This document shows, in pieces, positions 10,504-19,635 of a stretch of 20,000 bases of DNA. The stretch lies in NCBI GenBank assembly GCA_021432655.1, contig MU271444.1, forward strand, positions 44,635 through 64,634, written 5' to 3'. The notes under the pieces are model-generated. The model saw only the letters and a program-made list of their open reading frames with translations. It did no database searches and was not told where the DNA came from. This DNA comes from Atractiella rhizophila (taxonomy: Eukaryota). The position numbers and the translations under genes were made by a program. Within the stretch, counting starts at the first letter, position 1, and every line of letters begins with the position of its first letter.

Positions 10504-11402
10504 ATGTCAAACAACTCTTTGTCACGACAGCCTTCCTCTCTATCCACCAACTCGTCATCAGCGCCGCCGAAACGGAAGGCAAAAAATCTTTTGAGGGAGT
10601 ATTATGGCTTACAGCATCCTCAAAGTCCAGTCACTCCTAAGGCGTTCCAGCACGGGGAAGTGCAGGGAGACCCTTTAATGATCGGTACGTTATCTTCTCA
10701 CACTTTACAGTACCGGGAGATGGTGTGACATTCTGCGTTCAAAGATACACCTGCCTTTGAACCACAAACTTATTTCAAGCATATTGCGGATACCGCTTCT
10801 GTACCCGAGCTGCTGAAGAAACATGAAGAGCTACTGTCAGGTGAGAAGCTTCTGCTGTTCAACGAGAGGTTCTGAATCGTGTCTAGAAATCCGAGAGCTT
10901 GATGGCGAGCGTCAATCCTTGGTTTACAACCACCATCATGAGCTCATCGACGGGTCGGATACAATCAAAAAGGTGTGAACCCTCCACTCCTCTTCCACGG
11001 ACTAACACTGTTTCTCAGCTGAACAGTCGAGCCGACTCTCTTGATTCTACTTTAGACCGCCTCCGCACTTCCTTCTCAACAATATCCCAACTCTCATCCA
11101 CGCTCTCTCTCCCAGCACCAAAACCTCCTTCTCGTACCTTTTCACCCATCGAGCACCTTCCAACACTGCTTTCTCTCCCCTTGGTTCTTCGAAACCTTCT
11201 CGAACAGTCCAAGGATAAGGAGGCACGGGAAGTGTGGGGGCGGTGGGAGCCGGTGCTGAAGGAATGGAAAGATGCCACGGTGGAAGGAGCGGAAGAGATA
11301 GAAAGAGAATGCAGGGATGTTTTCGGAGCTATGAGACTGAGAAGAGTCAGCATGGGGGATGAAGAAGGGAGGAGGAGCATTGAGAGCGCATCTGTGTACT
11401 GA
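10504..11402 (+). CDS. VPS51: Vps51/Vps67-domain protein (GARP complex subunit), short form, 4 exons, ~248 aa
   Basis: Exons 10504-10684, 10745-10840, 10887-10972, 11019-11402, all GT-AG and in frame. Motifs 'LLREYYGL', 'DTPAFEPQTYF' and 'EIRELDGERQSLVYNHHHELI' are typical of the Vps51 N-terminal domain. Confidence 0.85.
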
Positions 11403-12405
11403 CCACCTTCAGAACTTTAACATGGCAATTGACTTGAGTGCTGAAAATGAGTCCGGGAACAGGGAAAAAGGAGACGTCTGATGAAAATGCATTGATTATT
11501 ATAAAAGGTAGCAGTAAATATCGAGTAAGTAAGCAAGACATCAATGCACGAAAACTAGAAGGATCCACTGTATTTGAAAATCGAACATCTGTGGGCAAGT
11601 GAGGGATTGCATCAACAGCTGCATTGAGGGGAAACACCACAAATCGTCCATTTGGCACAAGAGGATCCAACTTCACTTCCACTGTTCAGCAGAAAGACGA
11701 AAAAAATCACACACATTTCGGGAAGTTCAACGACGAGACGTGGAAATACTAAAAGTGAACGAGGGTATTTTGCTTTTGAGGAAGTCAGAATATTGGAGAA
11801 GAGGGAAGATAAAGAGTGGAATCGATAAGTAAAAGGGTGGTGTCGTGGAGGGTGTGGTATATTAACGTGGGGGTTTATGATTATAAGTGTTTTGGAAGGT
11901 AAGAAAAGCGAAGCTCCATCCTGACAAACTAGAAACAAGCGATTGTTGCTCTGCTGCAAAGACTAGCCAGATGAGAAGCGAGTGAAGAAAAGAGGAGAGA
12001 GAAAGAACGTGGTAGTTTCCTTCTACTGAAGTTTGAGGGAGGAGGGGTAATGAAGGCACATATTGCGGCAGGTTGGTTTTGATGAAAACGAATAGTACGA
12101 AAGAAGACAAGCAGTCGATGGATGAGAGCGGAGGAAAGTCATCCCAACCGAACGAGCAGAAATTATGACCCAAAATCGTAAAGGTATCTCAAGTAAGGAC
12201 GACTTCCTGTGATTTATTTGTTTTGGATATTTTGAAGAGTGTGTGTATTCACGTCGTCGACATGCTGACGGTTAGACTGAAAACAACTGACGAATTTGTC
12301 TCTGCTGCTGCAAGCAAGCGTCTAAGAACTGAAGGCGGTGAGAAACGAACTCTGAATCGAGCACCGAGCGGTAAAAATCGAATCGAGTCAGTGACAAGCT
12401 TCAAA

Positions 12406-14115
12406 CTAATACATTGGCCCAAACGTGAGACCCGGAGGAATTTGAATCGGTGGTTCAGTCGTCGAAGGAAGAGCACTGAGGAGGTCCGCGCTCGTATCTG
12501 TCAATGGATCGAAGCCAAATAGTGATAGACTTTCAGGCCAGCCATCCGTAATCGTCAAGGAGAGCCCAAGAGAGGCGGCAGCGTTAGCATCTTTTGAAAG
12601 GTTTACTGGACGTAGTCCTCCATCCGGATGATCAAAGGAGATTTCAGAAGAGGAGCGAGTGTGATCCGTGTGGTCGGTGTCTCCCTCTTCAGTATCGTTA
12701 CCTTCCGACTGTATCCCATGAAATCATCAACAAAATTCTGCAGAGGAGGAAAGGAGAACAAACAGTGAAATCGAGAGAATCCTGTTCACCCGAGCGCAAA
12801 TGTGCCCGTTTATGCCTGTACACGGCAGACCGTAAGCAATACTCAGTCAAAGGACAGAAGGGACAAACCTCATAGCGTCCATCTGCAGCTTGCACAACCT
12901 CTTCAAAGGGTCGTTCTCCAGACTCGTCCTCAATTTACACGTCGCCAAATGCGCTCTGATGACAGCCGGACGTTTGGCTTTCGATCTAAACCGACAATTG
13001 GGTAGGCAAGACTGGTGTTTCAGCCATGCATTCGAGTTGCCTGTGGATGGGAACAGTTCGTGATCTTGCTCGAACACGCGGGTATAAGACCTTGGTGGGA
13101 ACTACCAAACATAATCTTCACTACTCTATCAAGCGGCGAGGGAAGTGCTTACGGTGATGGTGTCATTGTGCGGCCGTCCGACGGCCGCTCTCCCTCGTTC
13201 AGAATTGGCGGGATAGAGCTGCGAATCTTGTCTATCCCAAACATAATTTTCCTCTCCCTCGTTCATCAAACTGAAACCTCCGGGGGTGGTGACGCCAGAC
13301 GACGTCCCATTCGCCCCAGTCGTAAACTGAAGGCTGGTAGGTCTCCGTTGTCCAATCAATTCGTCACCCGAGTCCAGCGACGTGAGACTACTCCGATCTC
13401 CGGCCATATACGGCGTATGATGTTCCGTCGTCCTACCGCGTTTCATCGTGTGGCCATTCGTCCGTGAGAGAACGCCTGTGGGCGGAAGGAAAGATTGGGA
13501 GGTTGATTGAGGAGAGAAAAAGTTCGGAAGGCCGTTCGATGCATCTGGAGGACTGGGAATGAACGATGACTGCGGAGAAGTGGAGGCATAGGATGAAGAA
13601 GCGGTCCCATTGGCAGTGGGGTAGATCGTGGATCCGTACGTAGATTGAGAGGAAGAAACCTGCATTCCATTCGAAGAATACGGTGCTGGGGGTCCTTCCC
13701 ATCCAACATATAGTCACTCCGCCCATTCTTCTCTGCACAAAAATGACGCAAGAAACTCACCGTTCTGCATCCCTGCCGTGAACCCCAGCTCCGGAATGGC
13801 CAAGTTATTCTGCTGCAACGCTTTATTCAACACGTCCCACGTCAAATACAACGTTCCAGGTGCCAACGCGGTGAGATAAAGCCCGAGAGTGCCGTTGAAG
13901 CGAACCTGTGCTGGCACGACTTCATAAGTCGGGAAATTGGAAAACTGCTGCATCTGGTGATGGGGATTCGAGCCGAACTGCTGTTGCGAGGGAGGGTGGG
14001 CATGATTTTGAGCGTGGGGAGGGAGAGACGGGAGGGGCTGTTGAGGGGGCGGCTGGAGGGGAGGAGGAAGGGTAGCGGTTGAAGTCGAAGCTTGCCAACT
14101 TGGAGGACCCTCCAT
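12406..14115 (-). CDS. Unknown gene A: putative C2HC zinc-finger nuclear protein, 5 exons, ~494 aa; paralog of gene B
   Basis: Exons 14115-13761, 13694-13153 (alternative in-frame acceptor at 13685), 13101-12869, 12815-12764, 12708-12406, all GT-AG and in frame. Pro/Gln-rich N-terminus, Ser-rich linker, 'CLPNC...KRPAVIRAHLATC...LKRLCKLQMDAMRHKRAHLR', acidic C-terminal tail. The exact start and last exon are less certain. Confidence 0.72.
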
Positions 14116-14130
14116 CCCATCGACGAGCAG

Positions 14131-14160
14131 AGTGCGAGTGCGGGTGCGGGTGCGAGTGCG
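14131..14160. repeat. Hexamer tandem repeat (RGTGCG)x5 just upstream of the gene A start
   Basis: agtgcg agtgcg ggtgcg ggtgcg agtgcg. Confidence 0.85.
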
Positions 14161-14738
14161 ATGTGCGATCGAATGCTCTGAACTTTTCCAGGGCACGATG
14201 GACTCGTTCGAAAAGAAGCAGGTGATCGTGTGGTCGGAGAGAGATGCCGCGGTCTGTCGTTCCAATCGTTAGGGGAAGGAGAAGCTGGCAGTTATACGGT
14301 AGAGCCGTGGAAGTAACGATGGGGCTAGTCCAGACGTCCGCGTTAGCGATGGCGCAAACAGGGCTGGTCGTTGGATCGTTGGAGGTGGTCGTTGTGTTTG
14401 GAGTTGGAGTTCGTTGAAGAAGCTGGCTCTCGGCTTTTGCTCCTCGTGTCGAGCGTGGCAGTCATCAATTCAAATCAGAGTCAATGTTCCATCTGCCGAT
14501 TCTTAATTCTAACCCTAATAGCCATACTTCTCTCGGACAGCCGTCCAACACCAGAGTTCCTCCTGTCAAGGTTGTGGCTTCTTATTGGCGCTCTTATCCA
14601 GTCTTATCCACGTTCAACAGTCAACAAGGAGCAAGAAGAAGCAATGGGAAGGCATGAAGATATGGTGTAGGATTGCATTGCTGGCATACAAAGAATAGAG
14701 GGATGGCGGCATAAACAGTCGAAGTGTACGAAGAGTAT

Positions 14739-15562
14739 CTAAGCCTTGTTCGAAATGATACCGTCGAACTGTCACAAGATTCAGCATCTCACCCCATGAC
14801 TTGCTGAGGAAGAAAGACTCACTCGCTGTTTGAACCAAGCTTGAGAATCCTCCTTCTTCACCCTGTGGGAAGATCCAACTCGAGACTTGCACCTCTTTCG
14901 CCTCGCTACTCGGGCACCAGGACGTCCCATGCAGACATAGAAGTCCATTCCGAAGATACTATTCACATCCCACATCTTCACTCTCCGCCTTGACAACATC
15001 CAGAGCAAGTGCTTACCCAATAGCAGGATCATACTTGATGCCCAAATCGATATGCTCCTGAATGCCAAACCCAAAATTTCCAGTCTCGCTAAAGTTCCTC
15101 CTCTTCAACTCGTACTCCTTCACCTTCAAAGCCCTCTCCAAAATCTCCTCCGCTTTCGGTCCACGGATGGTGACGTGAACCGCAATCTTTTCGTTACGAC
15201 GGATACCGAACGATCGAATCGTGTATCGCGCCTTGGAAGTGACGGGGGATTGACCGGTGAGTTGTTCCAACACCTTGGATGCTCGTGTTAGACGATCTCC
15301 AGACTCGCCAACCGAAATGTCTGTCATTGAAGAGAACATGGATTAGAATGAGGGAGATGCAGACGAAAATGCAGGAGACGGACTGATGACGAGCTTCTCG
15401 ATGCGGAGCTCCCTCTGTCAATATCAGAATCGTCAGTTGTTGTCCTTATGTGTGAGGAGGAACGCTCACGTTAGGATTGACGGATTTCTTTTCGTCAGCC
15501 TATCCCAATCCATCCACCATCACTCCCATGCACCTCTGGGAGCATAAAAAGGGACGAACCAT
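14739..15562 (-). CDS. RPL11: 60S ribosomal protein L11 (uL5), 6 exons, ~177 aa
   Basis: Exons 15562-15560 (ATG only), 15499-15470, 15414-15384, 15320-15017, 14958-14823, 14768-14739. Unmistakable '[24 protein letters not shown]...[34 protein letters not shown]...[16 protein letters not shown]'. Confidence 0.98.
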
Positions 15563-15765
15563 TGTATGAGTCCACCTTTCCCTTCCTTACCTCAAGTCTG
15601 TCGTTTGGCGTGTCAAGTGGAAAATACGCGAGCCTCGTCTTAGGGTTGTCAGGTTACAAGTTAGGGTTCAGCGGGCGGATCTCACCCGCACTTTATTCGC
15701 CACCTATTCTTCATTCTCCAAACGGACTTTTTTGGGAGCTCGTTTCAAGCAGCAGGCGCACCAAA
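15563..15765. promoter_or_regulatory. Compact bidirectional promoter region between RPL11 and SmB, containing two TTAGGGTT (telo-box/Tbf1-type) motifs at 15640-15647 and 15661-15668
   Basis: The two ATGs are divergent and only 203 bp apart. The motifs are read directly; their function is inferred. Confidence 0.65.
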
Positions 15766-16549
15766 ATGGTGAGTCTCTTTCATCGGTAGCGCGTACGGGA
15801 GCTGAGGAGAGGGATAGTCTACGAAAAAAGGGGGGAAATTGATGGGCCTCATCCATTATCGCGTTCGCGTGACGCTGAACGACTCTCGGACGCTGATTGG
15901 ACAGCTGCTCGCCTTCGACAAGCACATGAACTTGGTGTTGGCGGAGTGTGAAGACTTTAGGACGATCAAGATGAAGAAGAAGAAGGATGCGGGAGGTGCT
16001 GGCGTCGGTGGAATGGGGGAGAAGATGGTGGTCGATGGAGAGGAGGGCAGTAATAGGTTGCAGGAGATTAAGAGGTCGTTGGGATTGACGATCCTTAGAG
16101 GAGAGACTATCGTTTCTATCTCTGTGGAAAGCCCTCCGCCTGTAGTTGACGAGAGCAAGCAGCCGAATGTTCGTCCTCTCTTTCTTCTCTAAAGGGTGTC
16201 ATCTCATTCTCCATTCTTCTTTGTAATTAGATCCTTCCTGGACCTGGCGTTGGTCGTGCGGTAGGACGTGGAGTGGGGCTAGCACCACCACGTACGTCTC
16301 CTCTCTCTGTCATGGTATTTTAGCGGGAATGATGCGCGGTGGTCCGATGCCATTCCCCCCTCGTCCTCCAGGCGCACCAGGCCTTCCTCCGCCCCCACCT
16401 GGGATGTTACCAGGCATGATGCCTCCTCCTGGGTTCTCTGGACCACCACCTGGGTTTGTTCATCCCTTACCATCTTTCCTTTCTTTGCTTGTCTGTGTGA
16501 GAAGGCTGATGCTTGTTGAGATAGGTTCATGCCTCCACCGCCGCGATAA
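15766..16549 (+). CDS. SMB1: Small nuclear ribonucleoprotein-associated protein B (SmB), 5 exons, ~189 aa
   Basis: Exons 15766-15768 (ATG only), 15818-16168, 16231-16291, 16324-16453, 16525-16549. Sm1 'YRVRVTLNDSRTLIGQLLAFDKHMNLVLAECEDFR', Sm2 'KRSLGLTILRGETIVSISVESPPP', and a GRG/PPPGM-rich tail. Confidence 0.95.
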
Positions 16550-16744
16550 TCGAGGATCGTTTTAAGCGTGGCATTGCAAGATGGTTGGATGATAGGATGA
16601 GAAGACGATATCGATTGGTGAGGAAGGTGAAAGGGCTGAAAAGTCAAAAGTGATACATGTTACGTCGTTTCTTTGCATCCAATCTGTTGTTCTCTTTCCA
16701 CTCTGCTCCACGCTTCCTCGCTTCCATGCACCACACTCTTCATT

Positions 16745-17361
16745 CTACGAAATCCGATCCTCGCTCTCCAGCTTTTTAGCCCTACTCTCAGCAATCAATC
16801 CCACCTCCCTCACCGCTCGCTCCACCTCTCCCTTCCACCTCTCGCTCTCAACCTCAAACCTCTCCTTCCCTTTCCCCTCCTCCCTCAACTCAGCTTCCCA
16901 CTCCTTGATCCTAGATTCGAGTTCGGAAGCGATGGCAGAACGAGAGCGCGAATTGACAAAGGTGATGTACCGTAACCCGGGAAAGAGATCCTCGTATCTG
17001 GCATTCAAGACCTGCCATCTTCCCTTCAGTTTTACATCAAACTAAATTAGACATGAATATGGACCTTCAATGTCTCCACCACTTCGGGAGGACATGCTTC
17101 ACCGCCTTCTCCGCGCGTTTGCTCCCCTTTCGACGCCGCACTTAGATGTTGGACGGGAGCTCCGATGCGTGGATGGGAGTGGAGGAAGGAGGCGCGGAGG
17201 GGGAGAGGCCAGGATTGGATGATGGTGATGGAGGTGGGGACGAGGGTTGTGGGTTTGTATGTTGTGTTGGGTGGGAGGGAGGGGATGAGGTGGGTGCTGA
17301 GGAGGGGGTGGTTTTCGAAGAGCAGGGGGAGGAGGATGGCTGGGTTGGTTGGGTAGGACAT
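16745..17361 (-). CDS. OHCU decarboxylase (2-oxo-4-hydroxy-4-carboxy-5-ureidoimidazoline decarboxylase)-like protein, 2 exons, ~187 aa
   Basis: Exons 17361-17065 and 17011-16745. Motifs 'LLFE', 'HPRIG', 'SKGEQ', 'LNARYEDLFPGLRYITFVNSRSR' and 'IAESR' match the fungal OHCU decarboxylase family. Confidence 0.88.
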
Positions 17362-17560
17362 GGTTGTACTTGTGCTACCTTGTGGACTTATGTTATTGCA
17401 ATATCTATTCCACAAGCTAAGATGCACTTGTTACTGAGCATCCATATTTCAGGCCAGCTAGCTGATTGATGGATTGCTGGAGAAGGGGTCAGGTCATCAA
17501 CAGACATCAAGAGAAGGACCAACGTCAGCAACAAGGCCAACAACGAACGTTGAGTCTGCG

Positions 17561-19340
17561 ATGTCCATCTCTCGCCCTCCCTCCGCTTCAACGCCGTACG
17601 TCCACCGCACCCTCCTCCAGCCTCAGCCACAGCCGAGCGAGGACGACCAGCACCACGACGACGTCTCCGTCTCAGGCGACGGCATACACCTCGGAGCGAA
17701 CGTCCTCAAGTGGGACCAGCTCGCTGAGGTCCTCGTGTCTCAGTCGACCGCTGGTCTTTTGCCGAGTGGACATGTCCTCGGATTGGCTGTCGCTTGCTTA
17801 CGTGCGTCTACTCTTATTATTTTTCTGTGTTCTATGGATTGGGATTGAATGGATCCTTGGATGTAGATACGGCAAATGCATGGGCTAATGGAAGTCCTCC
17901 CGAACACGCATCTTCTTCAGCTCTTCAACCCACCACCTCTCATCGTCGATTACATCCCATCCCCACACGTATAACTCAACCCTCTCCACCCACCTCCCTA
18001 CCCGCCACACCCTCAGGACCACCAGGACCAGCCACAACAACAACGACAACACACACAGCACCACCAACCCACCCACCCTCCGTTCCCTACGGCGTCAAAT
18101 CCGAAGGCTCAGCCTCCGACCTCCACTGCACCCTCTCCACCGACACCCTCGTCATCTACTGGGACCACCGCCTGCTCCGACCCGTGAACTCGCCGAGCGC
18201 GATAGTGTATCCGAGCGGGGCGACGGCGGCCGAAGAGGAGTTTGAGAGGATCGAGTTTGGCCCGAGGAGTCATTGGAAGGTCGTCAGAGCCGGAATCGAG
18301 GTCTGGCCGTGGGATGGGATTGGGCCGGGTAACGATTGGCTGCGTGGTCAGGTGTGTCTTTTCTCTCCTCTCCCTTTTTCTTTTTTTTTGAATAAAAGAT
18401 CGACGATTGTTGATGGATTGGTGATGTAGCTCGTCAATTCGCCAGAGTGTAGATGTGGAGTGTTCCACTTCAGACACTCTAATTCGGGTTTCAAGAGACC
18501 AGCGGTCATACGAGAGCATCTCGCCTCTTGTTCGACGATGGAAGCCGTACCGGAAGGTTTGAGGCGACTCTGCGTGTTGCAGAGGGATGCCGAGAAGATG
18601 GGAACGAAGAGGAAGAGGGAGGAAGCGAGGAAAGAAGGCGATATGGGGAAATTGGTTCGTCCTCCCCACCTCACTTCATATCCCTTTCGTCGACGTTGAT
18701 TTTGGATTTTTGGATGTGGCATGGCGAATAGAAGAGAGCCAGATACGTGCCCAATCATTCGGCTTCGAGGACAGGATTGGAGATGGTCGAAGGAGGGAGG
18801 TCAGACTCGAACGGCGTCGGTGGAGGGATCGAATCCGGACCTACCTCTCTCGCTTCTGGATCAGGATCTACAGCTATGACAGCAGGAGGAGGAGGAGGGA
18901 GATCAAACTTCTCAGCCGGCCTCTCCTCTCTCGCGATGGGAGCAACGATGGACCTCGACCCCGACACGGATGGACGGGACATACCCATCGAAGTCGAGCC
19001 TGACTCGCCAGACGGAAACACCCCTACTACCGGCGGCGGTCTGCGCGCACGTGGAAGTGGAAGCGGTGGTGGAGGAGGAGGGACGAGGGAGATGGAAGAG
19101 CTGAGGGGGAGGAATATCGATGAGGATGTGCTTGATCCGGAAGTCGTTGGGCGGGCGGTCAGGAATTCTAATTCCACTGGAACTCCCGCGTCGGGACATC
19201 GCAATGGGGGTACAGGTGGGAATGGGAATGGTACGGTGGGGACGAGTGAGGAGAGAGAGAGGATGGGGGAGGGGAAGTGGAGGGATGGTGATAGAATCGA
19301 CATGTTTGTCAGGCGGGAACATCAGGATTTCGATTCATGA
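17561..19340 (+). CDS. Unknown gene B: putative C2HC zinc-finger nuclear protein, 4 exons, ~519 aa; paralog of gene A
   Basis: Exons 17561-17801, 17867-18351, 18430-18654, 18732-19340, all GT-AG and in frame. Pro/Thr-rich linker, 'CRC...KRPAVIREHLASC...LRRLCVLQRDAEKMGTKRKR...LKRAR', and a Gly/Ser/acidic tail. Confidence 0.75.
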
Positions 19341-19408
19341 TTTCGGTGAATTCTGTCAGAATAAATGCTGAATCAATGTACTATGAATTCTTCAGTGGAA
19401 AACATGTG

Positions 19409-19428
19409 TGAATGAATGAATGAATGAA
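19409..19428. repeat. (TGAA)5 microsatellite
   Basis: tgaatgaatgaatgaatgaa downstream of the gene B stop codon. Confidence 0.85.
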
Positions 19429-19635
19429 CTTATTTGAAGCTGGAAGCTTGAAGCAGTAGAAAGAAAAGAGAAAAGGTTACTTAGAGTGGTTTGAACCTCG
19501 CCAAGCAACGGCCAGGAGCTTCTCCCATTGCTAGCATTATTGGTAGCATTATCCCTCTGTCCCAGCATTTCGCCAATCGCCATCTATCCATCCATCTACT
19601 CGTTCTCATCGGCTGCATATCGACACTAATCACCC

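Noticed and set aside
11403..12405. ORFs in the 1-kb gap between the convergent VPS51 and gene A
   Set aside because: Low-complexity translations with no splice model; more likely a long 3' UTR or intergenic DNA. An extra terminal exon of gene A (to 12249) via a weak gtatta donor cannot be excluded but is unsupported.
13105..13247. Short direct repeat ccaaacataat at ~13105 and ~13237
   Set aside because: Only 11 bp, one copy intronic and one exonic, with no element between them; likely chance.
13733..13760. Alternative 28-nt intron 1 for gene A (acceptor gtgcag)
   Set aside because: Very short, and it leads into a frame that stops at 13443 before the conserved domain; acceptors at 13695 or 13686 keep the frame.
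18755..19322. Long Pro/Ser-rich antisense ORFs (182 and 136 aa) opposite gene B
   Set aside because: Expected shadows of a G-rich, Gly-rich sense exon.
12406..19340. Calling genes A/B a homeodomain (HD1/HD2) mating-type pair
   Set aside because: No WFxNxR homeodomain motif in either protein, and three unrelated genes lie between them; only the divergent layout is similar.
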